A DNA stretch of 64,000 bases, from IMG/VR virus record IMGVR_UViG_3300014206_000007, positions 96,001 to 160,000 of that record; one strand, 5' to 3'. A program made the position numbers and the translations under genes. Of the stretch, positions 48,462 through 59,735 are shown in pieces (position 1 is the first letter of the stretch; the number at the start of each line of letters is the position of its first letter). The notes beneath the pieces are model-generated. The model saw only the letters and a program-made list of their open reading frames with translations. It made no database searches and was not told where the DNA came from. This stretch comes from a virus (Duplodnaviria; Caudoviricetes).

Positions 48462-49759
48462 CGTTTCTCCTCTTTCACTTTTTTAGTAAGTGCTATAAAT
48501 GCATAATTTTGGGTTTCGTTTATTAGTTCGATATTATATCTTTTAAAAGTTTCTTCTTTAGAAATAATATTTATAGCATCAGTAAAATTCTTATCTGGAT
48601 CATAGACATATCCAAAATATTTAAGCTTGCTAAACGGATTCATTGATTTATAAATATTAATTATATTATCTTTTTTAAACTTACTCTTTAAAAATCTTGC
48701 TATTTTTCTATCTTTATTCTTTACATTGTCTGGCAATTTCGTTTTAGAAAATAGACAAAGTGTATTTAAGAATGAATAACTACTCATTACTTGCCCAATA
48801 TTTGATCGTATTATATCAAAATCATGAGCGCATTCACGATGAATACAATATTCATGATAAAAATATCTAACAATCTCTTCTGGTAAGCATGGATTTTTAT
48901 CATCTTTTTCTATTACCAGTTTAGATGTTGATACATAGTCTATTTTTAAATTGTCAATTTTATTTATTTTATAATATGCATGTATAGTTAAATTATACTT
49001 TATTGAAGGAAGTGCATCATCGATAGTATCTTTAATTTTTGATAAATATTCAATTGCAGCTTCTGCTGTCATATTGCCATCAAATTCCTCATATTCATCA
49101 TCATACTCCTCTTCTTCATCATCAAATCCGTCATATAAACTATTCTCATACACAGGTGTCTTTGTAACAAAAAATACTGAATCAAATTCAACTTTAATCA
49201 TTTGAGTTGGATTTATTTCGGCATTAAATTTTGCTTCAATTGGAAGCATTATTGCATCATATATATTATCACCACTAATAATCTGTGGGCTTGCTCCAAT
49301 TAAACTTAGATTAACCGCATATACATTATTTTCAATATAATTAGTTTCCATATTAAAATCGCCATAGATTTTATAATATTTAATTAAATATGGATATTGA
49401 ATTCCATTTATTGTGATTGGATAGAAATCAGAACTACTAATTTCATTTTTTAAATCCTGTATCGAATCTGATACAGTGACTTCGTCAATAATAGTTAATT
49501 CTATTACCATTTTATAAGTTTTTGCCTCTTCGGTTACTAGATATCCATTAATCTTAGTAATCCCTTTATTTAAAAATAATGATAAATTAAATCTCGTTTT
49601 ATCATTATATATTATTTCGTTAATAAAATCTGATGGATCAATTTTCTTATTTGGATAAACCTCGTAAATCATTTTATCAAATGTATGTCCTTGATATTTA
49701 AATATAAAATTATTATACGCAATATCAGTTATTATAGATTTTTCATTCATGATATCCAC
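48458..49759 (-). CDS. Hypothetical protein with acidic central tract
   Basis: 433-aa ORF, early promoter 49828-49837. Confidence 0.7.
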   Translation of the reverse strand: MDIMNEKSIITDIAYNNFIFKYQGHTFDKMIYEVYPNKKIDPSDFINEIIYNDKTRFNLSLFLNKGITKINGYLVTEEAKTYKMVIELTIIDEVTVSDSIQDLKNEISSSDFYPITINGIQYPYLIKYYKIYGDFNMETNYIENNVYAVNLSLIGASPQIISGDNIYDAIMLPIEAKFNAEINPTQMIKVEFDSVFFVTKTPVYENSLYDGFDDEEEEYDDEYEEFDGNMTAEAAIEYLSKIKDTIDDALPSIKYNLTIHAYYKINKIDNLKIDYVSTSKLVIEKDDKNPCLPEEIVRYFYHEYCIHRECAHDFDIIRSNIGQVMSSYSFLNTLCLFSKTKLPDNVKNKDRKIARFLKSKFKKDNIINIYKSMNPFSKLKYFGYVYDPDKNFTDAINIISKEETFKRYNIELINETQNYAFIALTKKVKEEKR

Positions 49760-49855
49760 ACTCCCCTAATAAAAATGATTGATATTTAATTATTATAAAG
49801 TTTACAATTTTTTAATATTATATAAATATAATATATAATTAAAGAGGTGAAGTAA

Positions 49856-50509
49856 TTGCATATTTATGAACTAGATGGTGAAAAGTACCCATCCGTTACA
49901 ACTATTTTAAAGATTATTTCTGGTAATCCAGAATTAATGAAGTGGGCAAATTACATGGGATTTAAAAGAAAGGATATAACAAAAGTTCTTGAAGAAAGTG
50001 CATCGTTCGGTACACTGGTACATTCTAATTTACAAGCAATTGTAGATCCAAATGCCCCAATTCCTATTAAACCAAAGGATGCATTAGAAGCATATTCATT
50101 AAATAAAATAACTAGTCATTTTAATAAATATTTTAAGGATATACATTACACTACAATTTTTAGTGAAAAGACTATAATATCACCCGAACTTGGATATGCT
50201 GGAACATTAGACTGGCTTGTTAAAATTAAAGATATGACAGTTCTACTTGATTTCAAAACTTCGAAGATGCCAAGACCAAGTATGTATCTACAATTGGGCG
50301 GATACTACAATCTGTTAAAAACTCTGGGTATTGATGCTGATATAGCAGCAATCATTATAATCAATGAAAAAGGATGTGCTTTACATCCAATATCCAAAGA
50401 TGCCATTATATATAATGGAAGACTTTTTAATTTACTATTTAATTTCTATAAAGAATGGAGTGGTGAAATAGAACCAGACTATAAACTCATACCATATTTC
50501 TTTGGTTAA
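49856..50509 (+). CDS. PD-(D/E)XK exonuclease
   Basis: YPSVTTIL, GTLVH, YAGTLD, LDFKTS, LQLGGY. Confidence 0.85.
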   Translation: MHIYELDGEKYPSVTTILKIISGNPELMKWANYMGFKRKDITKVLEESASFGTLVHSNLQAIVDPNAPIPIKPKDALEAYSLNKITSHFNKYFKDIHYTTIFSEKTIISPELGYAGTLDWLVKIKDMTVLLDFKTSKMPRPSMYLQLGGYYNLLKTLGIDADIAAIIIINEKGCALHPISKDAIIYNGRLFNLLFNFYKEWSGEIEPDYKLIPYFFG

Positions 50510-50551
50510 AAACAATGGGATAAATTAATAAATGAATTCAAATAAAATTAA

Positions 50552-51562
50552 ATGAAAGGTAGTGAATATATAATGAGAACATTTACAGAATCTGATATAT
50601 TCGAATATTTAGATAAAGGAAATGTGCTACAGAATAAGATGTTTAAGATATTATCAGGTGAATCCGATGTAATAATCTTAAATAATAAATTGGAATCTGA
50701 TATTAAATCTATGCTTAAAATTTTCAAGGAACCGATTACATTAAAAACTGTTAATGCAATTAATTCTGGTGAAATTTTATTAGTAAAATTACCAATTGAT
50801 GTAAATTTACCAGAATGCTTACCATACATTAAGCATAGAAAAGATAACAAGGAAAGAATTATAGTTAATGTAACTAAATACGTTACTGAGGTTAAGGATA
50901 GAGAAACTGGAGATGTTGATTATAGTATTGACATAAAGAAATTATATTCTCTCTGTGTTCCAGGATACTTATATCTAAAATTATTTGATAAAGCATATAC
51001 TCCTTCTCCAGATGCTATGAAAATTTCAGCAATTATGTGGGCTAGAATGTTCAATAAGGTTCTTATAAGAACTATTGGTCTTACTACTAATAAAGAAAGA
51101 TATGAAGCATTTATGTATTTTGGAATAAAATTCTTCTTAAAATACTATTTGAATGCATCAGATATGGTAGTTGAGAATATTTCTAATGGATATCTAGTTA
51201 ATGGAAAAGGATATCTCATTGATTATATGGAAAATAAGGTAAAAGATTTAAATCTAGATCCTTACAAATCATTCTCTGATTTCTGTGCTACACTTTTCAA
51301 TAATGAAGTAAGTAATATAAAAGGGGTAAAGATTAATAATCTAGAAGAAAAAATTAATCTAAGTTTCTATTTAAGAAAATTCATTGATATGTATAACATA
51401 TCAGCAACTATGGCATTATCAAGTTATCCATTCTTCATATTTACTGTATTTTCAGCATTTAATTGGGCTAACATATGCAATGACAGAGCATTTGAAGATA
51501 TCGTATATTATGACAAGAAAGATATGCCTAAGTTATTAGTAGCATTATATAAAGATTTATAA
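50552..51562 (+). CDS. Hypothetical late (probably virion) protein
   Basis: 336 aa, late promoter 50511-50522. Confidence 0.7.
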   Translation: MKGSEYIMRTFTESDIFEYLDKGNVLQNKMFKILSGESDVIILNNKLESDIKSMLKIFKEPITLKTVNAINSGEILLVKLPIDVNLPECLPYIKHRKDNKERIIVNVTKYVTEVKDRETGDVDYSIDIKKLYSLCVPGYLYLKLFDKAYTPSPDAMKISAIMWARMFNKVLIRTIGLTTNKERYEAFMYFGIKFFLKYYLNASDMVVENISNGYLVNGKGYLIDYMENKVKDLNLDPYKSFSDFCATLFNNEVSNIKGVKINNLEEKINLSFYLRKFIDMYNISATMALSSYPFFIFTVFSAFNWANICNDRAFEDIVYYDKKDMPKLLVALYKDL

Positions 51563-51619
51563 TAATAAATAAAGACTATGCATACACATAGTCTTTATTT
51601 TAATTTTTAGGAGGGATAA

Positions 51620-51838
51620 ATGGATAATAATATAATAAGCATTGATGCATTATATGAAGATAGAGATAATGAGGATTTAGATAACCTTATTGAAGAAGGT
51701 ATAATCATGACAAAAAATATGATTGATCATGTAAGGACTGCTGCATTAGATAATAATAGTGTAGAGACAAAGAGGAAATATTTAGTAAAAATAGTTGAAC
51801 TAAATGAATCCTTATTAGATATGCTTGAAAAAGAATAA
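51620..51838 (+). CDS. Hypothetical protein
   Basis: 72 aa, GGAGG RBS, flanked by hairpins. Confidence 0.65.
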   Translation: MDNNIISIDALYEDRDNEDLDNLIEEGIIMTKNMIDHVRTAALDNNSVETKRKYLVKIVELNESLLDMLEKE

Positions 51839-51941
51839 AAAATAGGAGGATATAAAAGTATCCTCCTATTTTTACCACGAATTAATACAAAAAACAATCT
51901 CATAATCAATATACATATACCGAAAGAAAGGGGTAGTTATT

Positions 51942-54845
51942 ATGACTAAAGCTCAATTATATTTTTTTAATAACTTATATAATGATAAAATAATTAATGA
52001 GTCTATATATGAATTTAAAAACATGACATATCAAAGAGCAATGGAATCGCAATTATCAATTATTAATTTTCCAGAAATATCATTTCCACTATATAAATTT
52101 AAAGTGGATGCAATTTTAAATAGTAAATATGATTTACCCATAGGATCTCGAACTCATATAATAGATAGAGATATAATGCCATATTATAATAAAAAAGCAT
52201 TTATTAATAAATATGGTTATAATAAAATAATACCCATTAATCAAATTGCTATAGATTATAAAACCTTTAATCATCGAATAATGGTTGTTCGTGGAGATAA
52301 TTTACTCATGGATGTATCATTTATTGCATTAAAATCGGGAGGTACGATTATATGTCGCCCACCTAGAATTATTGATGATCCATATCATTTAGATGATGAC
52401 TATATTGATGAAAAATATGAAAATGATTCTATTATATATAATGGAGAAATGTCTTATAATATGATTGATGATTATGATAGTATATATAATAATATACCAT
52501 TATGTGATGTACGTATTATACTTGAACCACAATCAGATTATTATTATATTAATAAACCTAAGCTTAGTTTAATATCAAATAATAGAATTCCAATAAATCA
52601 ATTTAATAAGGTAGAAATATCACGTTTAAAAAAAAATAATAGCTATTCAATGTATTATACATTTAGGGATAATTTTAAAAATTTAGCACGGACAACTGTT
52701 ACAATAGTTAATATTGATGGATCTTTATATTTTGAATTACCCCCTACATTTATAGACATACTAACAAATATTTCATCATTAATCGAAATTCATATTTTCC
52801 ATGATTATAAAAAAATAAGTGGAATATTTTATGAACCGAATAAAATTAATTCTAGTATATATTATCAACTACCTTTTATTAAAAATCCAAGCCCATTTCA
52901 AAATATACGTATTTCTTATTATAATAAAATAAGTGGCATAAAAAATATGAGCTATCCATTATCGATTACTGGAGAAGTTGCTAATAAAACATATCCAACA
53001 TTATATCCAAATATATATGATTTAACTAATGTAACATATAAAGATGAATATGGGTATTATATTGAATGGTATGAAGATTTTCAGGATAATGCAAATATAT
53101 CATTTGATAATAATCTTAAAGATTATATGGAGTATAAGGGTACTAATTATGCTTCCATGTTAGTAAATCAATTAGGCCCAAAATCATTATTAGAATATGA
53201 GCCATCTAAAACGGTTGATTATAAATTTAATGATTATATTAATGAAAAATATAATAATGATTCAATAACTTATAATGAAGATATGTATTATAATACAACA
53301 GATGATTTTGATAATATTCGCGAATATAATTTAGCAAAAATTAATGAATTATTGTCAGATAATTCCTTGCGATTTAATTTATTTTTTGAAAAATTTTATG
53401 AAATTAATAAAAAATATATTCATATTTCTACTAATGGGATTATTGAACCAGAAATAATGAGTAGAAGTATTAATAATAATTCGGACCATATATCAAATCC
53501 TTTACATTTATATAGTTTTAATGAGCCTCATACTTTTATTAAATTTACCAATTCAGTAAACTCAAATAGACCAACTCAAGTATTTATTGATGGAAAAAGA
53601 TTTATCCCGACACATATTTATACAAACATGCATATTACTTATGTATATTTACCTAAATCAAAAATTAAAAAAGGTACATCTATAATAATTGATATGGCAT
53701 TAATAAGGATGAATAATAAAAAGGAATCTTCGATTATATTCAGTAAAATTAATGAAAAATTGCCTTTCCCGAGACCATTGAATAGGGAATATGTAGAGAG
53801 TAATGATAATAATGATATTATATTCTATGATGAAGAATCATTAGAATATAATAATGGAATATCATATAATATGGTTGACGATTATAATAGCAAATACAAT
53901 AATCTATTACCAGTTAAAAAAATATCATTTGAAAAAGTTTCTAGTAAAGATTTATTATTCTATAATACATCGACATTTGAATATATTCCATCAAATATTA
54001 TAAAATTTGCAATATGTATTCATAATGATGGAATACTTAATCTAGATATTAATGATATTTTAATTGAAGATGAAAAAATATATATTCCAGCGCCAACAGA
54101 AGGATTTTTTTATGAAATAAATGCGGATAATTTACTAATATATACTGAAAATATAGATTTTATAAATATGGAAATTGGTATTACTAATACAAATAATTAT
54201 AGATATACTATACTTTCAAATGTTACCATTAATAGCGAAATAATATTAGAGGATTTTAGAGAAGATCCATCATCAAAAAGAATACGAGTTTACTATGGAG
54301 GATTTTTATTAAATCCAAACCAATATATTTATACACCTTCTAAAAAATATGGAGAGAATGCTATTATAAAATTAACAGATTTACCACTAGTTTCAAATCC
54401 AACTGTAATAGTAGAATATATTCCATATTTAGAAAAACATATAATTGGTAATTTTGATGATGCAAAATATACATCAATAGTTAAATATTCGGCGAATAAT
54501 GAAAATGATATTATTGATATATCTGATGCATTAATAGAACATGAAATGACTTATCCTATTAATATAAAAAATACAAAATTTTATCAAAATGGAAGAAGAA
54601 TACCTAGTTATAGAATAGAACAACTTCGTGCTAATAATATATTTAAAATAAATGGAATTTCAACAGATTTTTATGAAAATGATTCTATTATATATAATGG
54701 AGAAATGTCTTATAATATGATTGATGATTATGATAGTATATATAATAATATACCATTATTTAATCCAAATCAAGTAAATATTAGAATTGATACTGTTGAA
54801 AATGATACTGCGCCATATTTTTTTGAATCATATTCCATTATTTAA
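51942..54845 (+). CDS. Large probable virion structural protein with four Tyr/Asn/Asp-rich repeats
   Basis: 967 aa, late promoter 51893-51904, VFIDGKR/YQNGRR motifs. Confidence 0.65.
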   Translation: MTKAQLYFFNNLYNDKIINESIYEFKNMTYQRAMESQLSIINFPEISFPLYKFKVDAILNSKYDLPIGSRTHIIDRDIMPYYNKKAFINKYGYNKIIPINQIAIDYKTFNHRIMVVRGDNLLMDVSFIALKSGGTIICRPPRIIDDPYHLDDDYIDEKYENDSIIYNGEMSYNMIDDYDSIYNNIPLCDVRIILEPQSDYYYINKPKLSLISNNRIPINQFNKVEISRLKKNNSYSMYYTFRDNFKNLARTTVTIVNIDGSLYFELPPTFIDILTNISSLIEIHIFHDYKKISGIFYEPNKINSSIYYQLPFIKNPSPFQNIRISYYNKISGIKNMSYPLSITGEVANKTYPTLYPNIYDLTNVTYKDEYGYYIEWYEDFQDNANISFDNNLKDYMEYKGTNYASMLVNQLGPKSLLEYEPSKTVDYKFNDYINEKYNNDSITYNEDMYYNTTDDFDNIREYNLAKINELLSDNSLRFNLFFEKFYEINKKYIHISTNGIIEPEIMSRSINNNSDHISNPLHLYSFNEPHTFIKFTNSVNSNRPTQVFIDGKRFIPTHIYTNMHITYVYLPKSKIKKGTSIIIDMALIRMNNKKESSIIFSKINEKLPFPRPLNREYVESNDNNDIIFYDEESLEYNNGISYNMVDDYNSKYNNLLPVKKISFEKVSSKDLLFYNTSTFEYIPSNIIKFAICIHNDGILNLDINDILIEDEKIYIPAPTEGFFYEINADNLLIYTENIDFINMEIGITNTNNYRYTILSNVTINSEIILEDFREDPSSKRIRVYYGGFLLNPNQYIYTPSKKYGENAIIKLTDLPLVSNPTVIVEYIPYLEKHIIGNFDDAKYTSIVKYSANNENDIIDISDALIEHEMTYPINIKNTKFYQNGRRIPSYRIEQLRANNIFKINGISTDFYENDSIIYNGEMSYNMIDDYDSIYNNIPLFNPNQVNIRIDTVENDTAPYFFESYSII
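52416..52503 (+). repeat. 88-bp exact direct repeat, copy 1
   Basis: Identical to 54672-54759; encodes YENDSIIYNGEMSYNMIDDYDSIYNNIPL. Confidence 0.9.
54672..54759 (+). repeat. 88-bp exact direct repeat, copy 2
   Basis: Identical to 52416-52503. Confidence 0.9.
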
Positions 54846-54850
54846 AGGAG

Positions 54851-55837
54851 ATGAAAAAAATGAATACGATATTTTTAATTAATAGTATAATGAAAGAGGA
54901 TTCCAATTTTGTTGATTATATGAATTTAAAAAATATTATAGTCGATAATATTGATAATATTCCCGGTACTAATGATTATTTAACAAAAATAAAATATATA
55001 AATGGAATTTATTTTATTTTTGGTACTAATGGTAGAATATACCGTTCAACGGATACAAAATTATGGACTAAATGTAATGTTAATATTTTAAATGAGATAT
55101 ATGATATTATATATGCAAAAAATATATATATTATAATAGGTAGTGGAGGAAAAATTGTAACTTCTCCAGATGCTGTTTTATGGACAATGCGAATTAGTGG
55201 GGTAACTAATACATTACAAAGTATAACATTTGGAAATAATAGGTTTATCATCGTTGGTTCCCCTAAAGTTATATTAAGTTCTAATGATGGAATTACGTGG
55301 ACATCTATTACATTCCCCGAAATAAATCCAGTTAATGGAAATGTAACCACTGCAAAAATTATTTATAATGGTACTGAATTTTTATTATTTATAAGTGTAT
55401 TATTCGATGATGTGAGGATGGTATCAAATATATTCTATAGTGCCACGGGCTCAATTTATACCAAAATTAATAATTTTCCAAATAATATATTAATCTCAAA
55501 TGTTTTATGCCAAGATAATATAGTTATAGTAAGCTCCAATACTAATGTATATAAAATAATAAATAGAATATTTTATAAAATATTAACAGATGTATCTACA
55601 ATATTATCAATTAATTATTCAGAAGGACTATTTTTAGTTGGAGTAAAAAATAAAGTATCTATAATTTTTGAAAATGATTTATTACAAATTCCTGCATCAA
55701 TAAGTGATTATTATACAATACATGTTGGTTCTTCAATTAGCAATAGGGATATATATGGTGGGTTAATAGTTAATAAAAAATTAATATTATTAGATAAATC
55801 TGGGTATATTTTACGGGTTCCGATTTATTATAAATAA
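54851..55837 (+). CDS. BNR-like beta-propeller protein related to the 2022-aa fibre
   Basis: IIYAKN..IIIGSGGKIVTSPDAVLWT and FGNNRFIIVG..SSNDGITWT repeats. Confidence 0.7.
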   Translation: MKKMNTIFLINSIMKEDSNFVDYMNLKNIIVDNIDNIPGTNDYLTKIKYINGIYFIFGTNGRIYRSTDTKLWTKCNVNILNEIYDIIYAKNIYIIIGSGGKIVTSPDAVLWTMRISGVTNTLQSITFGNNRFIIVGSPKVILSSNDGITWTSITFPEINPVNGNVTTAKIIYNGTEFLLFISVLFDDVRMVSNIFYSATGSIYTKINNFPNNILISNVLCQDNIVIVSSNTNVYKIINRIFYKILTDVSTILSINYSEGLFLVGVKNKVSIIFENDLLQIPASISDYYTIHVGSSISNRDIYGGLIVNKKLILLDKSGYILRVPIYYK

Positions 55838-55839
55838 AA

Positions 55840-55875
55840 AATAAGAGTATGAGCAATTACGCTCATACTCTTATT
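55840..55875. terminator. Bidirectional terminator
   Basis: 15-bp stem, 6-nt loop, between convergent genes. Confidence 0.75.
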
Positions 55876-56629
55876 AAATTTTATAAGTATTACTTTTTAA
55901 TCCCAAGAATATATCAGTATACAAATTTTGATTATTATTTATCTTTGTCAATAAATCATTTGTATATTCAATAATCTCAGTGTTAGAAATATCAATATTA
56001 TGTGTTAGATTATTCAATCGTCCTTTTATGCCAGAAATTATTTCAGCATAAGTATAGTCAATTGGCGGATTATCAATTAATTCATATAACATCGGCTCTT
56101 TTAATTTAGCTATATAATTTCTTCTGTTATTAAGATTGAATTTTTCTTCTATGGCTCTAGCAAAATTAAAAAATTCTCTAAAATATGTAGTGAATAATTT
56201 AACTACTGAGACAGAGTTTACTAAAACTTCCTCAAAAACATACTCATTATCTTTAATAACTGGTCTAAATAATACTTTATCAGTATTCTTAACTGTAATA
56301 CTATCTTTTATTAAATGCTTAAATGTATTATATTCAGATTCATTCTTAGGTAAAATATCATCTGTTAATTTATTAATATAATCTTCACTATTTCGGCAAA
56401 GTCCATGCAATCTTTCTAAATACCCTAAGTATTTGCCATCAATATCTTGTATCAGTTCTCTAATTTTAGGTATGTTAGTTCTATACTCTTCATCAGGAAT
56501 ATTGAGAACAAAATCACCTGCTTCTAGTATTTTGATATTAAGAGTATTTACCATTTCTCTAATATCAGTAATATCATCCATTGCATTATCATAATAATGA
56601 TGTAATGGTTTATCTAAATTATTTAACAT
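55874..56629 (-). CDS. Hypothetical protein
   Basis: 251 aa, GGAGG RBS. Confidence 0.7.
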   Translation of the reverse strand: MLNNLDKPLHHYYDNAMDDITDIREMVNTLNIKILEAGDFVLNIPDEEYRTNIPKIRELIQDIDGKYLGYLERLHGLCRNSEDYINKLTDDILPKNESEYNTFKHLIKDSITVKNTDKVLFRPVIKDNEYVFEEVLVNSVSVVKLFTTYFREFFNFARAIEEKFNLNNRRNYIAKLKEPMLYELIDNPPIDYTYAEIISGIKGRLNNLTHNIDISNTEIIEYTNDLLTKINNNQNLYTDIFLGLKSNTYKI

Positions 56630-56733
56630 ATAAAAAATACCTCCTTAATTTTAGTTTATTATAATGAATAATGATTAAATATCATCTTAATCAAATTGTT
56701 TTTGATAAGGTGATATTTAATCATTTATATGTC

Positions 56734-57717
56734 TTACAATAGTTCTATTGATATGTCTTTTAATGCATCGGAATCATAATTTTCTCTGTTAGATTTTTTC
56801 AAATCTTCTTTTGCATCTTTATTATTTTTAAGAATCTTAGTTTCTATAAAATTAGAAACTGCTTCCATTTTATCTAAGAATTTCTTTTGTTTTTCAACTG
56901 CTAAACTGCCATTATCGCCAGACATTTCAATTGATGTTCTAAGGAATTCTGATGGTGCTTTTAATGACTCATTAAATTTAGTTACTGATGCATAATATAG
57001 GTATATCAATCCTCTTATTACAAATAAGAAACTGATAAGTGATAATACTACTAGTGGACCAGTAGTTAATGTTCCACCTGTTACAAAACCAAGTAAGCCG
57101 GAGCCATCCTTTTTAAACTGTGACATTAATTTAGCCCATTCACCCTTATCATAACTCTTAGTGAAGTCTTTAACATATTTTATTACAAGTAAATCTTGCT
57201 TTCGGTTTCCTCTGAATTTAAATTCAGTATTTTGTACATTTTTCAGGTAATCAACATATGTTACTATACATATATTAATCATATCAACTAATGCCATTAC
57301 TAGCAAGTTGTATGAAAGTTGAATTACTGTAATGTCGAATTTAAAACCAAATTCAAAATCACTTCTATTAGTTATTAAAATATTGTGAATTCTTTGAGCG
57401 AGCTCAAGTTCTTCGACTTTTCTATCACTGAATAGCTGTCTTAAACTATCCAAAGATTTACCAATTACATCATATCCATCATATGCGGTAACATTACCCT
57501 TACTATCTGGTATTTTACCGAAATCAATGTTTGATTTATAAATGATATCATTATATAGTTGCTGTATTAGTTTACTTTTTCCCGCAGAACTTAGGGATGC
57601 TTCTTTTACAACTTCCATATATTTTAATCTATCTCTATTAGGTTGATCGATACGTAAATCAATAAAATGATTTAATATATCGGTATTAGATTCTAATAAT
57701 ATTCTAAAATCGTTCAT
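56734..57717 (-). CDS. Probable virion protein with a hydrophobic segment
   Basis: 327 aa, LLES/VKEA motifs, in a late operon. Confidence 0.6.
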   Translation of the reverse strand: MNDFRILLESNTDILNHFIDLRIDQPNRDRLKYMEVVKEASLSSAGKSKLIQQLYNDIIYKSNIDFGKIPDSKGNVTAYDGYDVIGKSLDSLRQLFSDRKVEELELAQRIHNILITNRSDFEFGFKFDITVIQLSYNLLVMALVDMINICIVTYVDYLKNVQNTEFKFRGNRKQDLLVIKYVKDFTKSYDKGEWAKLMSQFKKDGSGLLGFVTGGTLTTGPLVVLSLISFLFVIRGLIYLYYASVTKFNESLKAPSEFLRTSIEMSGDNGSLAVEKQKKFLDKMEAVSNFIETKILKNNKDAKEDLKKSNRENYDSDALKDISIELL

Positions 57718-57733
57718 CTATTTTTCCTCCCTT

Positions 57734-59050
57734 TTAAATTCTACCCATAAGTTTCATGACTTCTTTCATGTTCGTTAAGTCAACTTCTTTATTATTAGAA
57801 GTCTTCAAAGAACTAAGAGAAACAGATGTGAACTCATTAGTACCATCTTCGTCAAATAACATAGATAATATTTTAGTCTCAGTATCATAAATCCCAAATC
57901 CTAATAAGTAATATTTACTTATCAATTTAAGGGCATTATAAACTTCTGATAAGTTAACTCCGCCCAATTCAGCAATTTGCTCTACTTCATAATTAGTAAT
58001 AATTGCTGTTGTATGAGGAAGTACTCCATTTTTGAAAAACTTAGTTACATTATTAATAGCTTTTCTTCTTTTTAATGCTTTTATCCATCTAAGAGAATCT
58101 TTAGATGTAGAAGTTGCCATTTCTTTTATTTCTGTAGCATTAAATACAAAGTCTCTTAAAAACTTATATTCGCCTTTAGTCCATTTGATAAATTTGAATA
58201 TTCCATAAGAGTCTTTAGATGCTTCAACCATATTAGCAACCATTAAATCAGATCTAATGGCTCTAATCATTGTTTTAACGCCAATTACAACATTCTGAAC
58301 TATCTGACCCTGACCCTCACCATGTAAAACGAATTGGGCATTAATCATTGTAGGTTCAAGAGCTGTAGTTTTATCATTCTTGATAACCGATGGTGCATCA
58401 ATAGGATATTTATGATCTTTATTTACTCCAGTAAATTCATGATCCCTTAAATCCTCATTGTATTTTAGGTTAACTCTTTTCATTGTGTCATATGTTTTAG
58501 TGCCCTGAATCTTTTTAACTAATTCACTTCTATCATCAGAAGCTTCTTTAGCAATTTGAATCTTTTCTTTTAGAGCAGTTTTAGTTCTCTCATAAGGTTT
58601 ATAAATATCATTAACCTTACTAGTATTTACTTGCTCTTCAATAATATCCCAGCACGCTGTTCCTAATCCAAGTGGTTGATTGGAATTGTTTAATATATTC
58701 GCTGATTCGAATACCATGTTAGTTGCAGCTTTTATATTTGCCGGAATATCTTTATTATTATGGAAGGTTGTTAAATAGGATTGTAGATTTTCATATTTAT
58801 CGAGTGGTACTGAACCTCTCAATGAAAATACGGATACTAACAATGATGCATATTGACGTTCTAATGCTTTTGCCAATATTGTTACATCATCAGTATCTAT
58901 TGATGAGCTTACTAGTAGTGGGAATTGAAATATAGAGTCTTGAGCCATTCTAGTCAAACTATTTCTCCCAGTTGAAGCTTTTATAAATTGTGCTATCTTT
59001 GTAGAATTTCGTATTACTTTAGACATATTTTGGTCTATTTTGATTTCCAT
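57734..59050 (-). CDS. Probable virion structural protein
   Basis: 438 aa, late promoter 59099-59110, VFES/AKEA motifs. Confidence 0.6.
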   Translation of the reverse strand: MEIKIDQNMSKVIRNSTKIAQFIKASTGRNSLTRMAQDSIFQFPLLVSSSIDTDDVTILAKALERQYASLLVSVFSLRGSVPLDKYENLQSYLTTFHNNKDIPANIKAATNMVFESANILNNSNQPLGLGTACWDIIEEQVNTSKVNDIYKPYERTKTALKEKIQIAKEASDDRSELVKKIQGTKTYDTMKRVNLKYNEDLRDHEFTGVNKDHKYPIDAPSVIKNDKTTALEPTMINAQFVLHGEGQGQIVQNVVIGVKTMIRAIRSDLMVANMVEASKDSYGIFKFIKWTKGEYKFLRDFVFNATEIKEMATSTSKDSLRWIKALKRRKAINNVTKFFKNGVLPHTTAIITNYEVEQIAELGGVNLSEVYNALKLISKYYLLGFGIYDTETKILSMLFDEDGTNEFTSVSLSSLKTSNNKEVDLTNMKEVMKLMGRI

Positions 59051-59177
59051 ATTAAAAATCTCCTTTCATAGAATAATATGATTAATATTACAAATATTTA
59101 TTTTAATGTTCCCGATGCATATAACCTTAATAAAAAAAAATAAAGCTCTATGAAAGCAGCTTTATTTTTGTACTCTA

Positions 59178-59735
59178 TTAATATGCAGGTGAATTCCAAA
59201 CTCTCCATAATGTCATATCATCTACATTATTATCTTTTATTCTTTCCATTCTGTCTACTTCTCTCATGTCTCTTGCAAATTTATCTAAATCGTCAGTGAG
59301 TGTACTATAATAATAATCTCCATCCTCAGTAAACGTCGGAACGATTGTATTAATTCTTTGATTAATTTTTTCTAATTCCGCGATGTCTGCCTTTGATAAC
59401 TTTCTAAAAGCTTTTTTACGACCTTTTTTGGGACCTTTGTCGAATGCTCTATTGATTTCATCAAATAAAGGAGATAATTGTTTTCTATTCTCTTTATCTG
59501 CATAATTAAGAGCTAATGCTCTATCAACGGTACTCATATTACTTTTGGTTTTCCAAGCACGTCTTTTTTCGATAAGATTGGATACTAATATATATCCAGT
59601 ATATGCTGATACTCCTACGAATACTGCGGCTTTAGCAACGTTTTCTATATTGGCTGATGCGATAACTGTTATAGCTTGTGCAGCCTTTTTTAGTATAAAG
59701 CTTCCTGCAGCCATTAAAAATGAACTTACTGTCAT
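59178..59735 (-). CDS. Early membrane-associated hypothetical protein
   Basis: Hydrophobic N-terminus; early promoter 59816-59825. Confidence 0.65.
   Translation of the reverse strand: MTVSSFLMAAGSFILKKAAQAITVIASANIENVAKAAVFVGVSAYTGYILVSNLIEKRRAWKTKSNMSTVDRALALNYADKENRKQLSPLFDEINRAFDKGPKKGRKKAFRKLSKADIAELEKINQRINTIVPTFTEDGDYYYSTLTDDLDKFARDMREVDRMERIKDNNVDDMTLWRVWNSPAY

Noticed and set aside
52416-54759. 88-bp repeat as a second TR/VR pair or a CRISPR array
   Set aside because: The copies are identical, with no A-specific changes or similarity to the TR; both are coding and there is no regular spacer structure.
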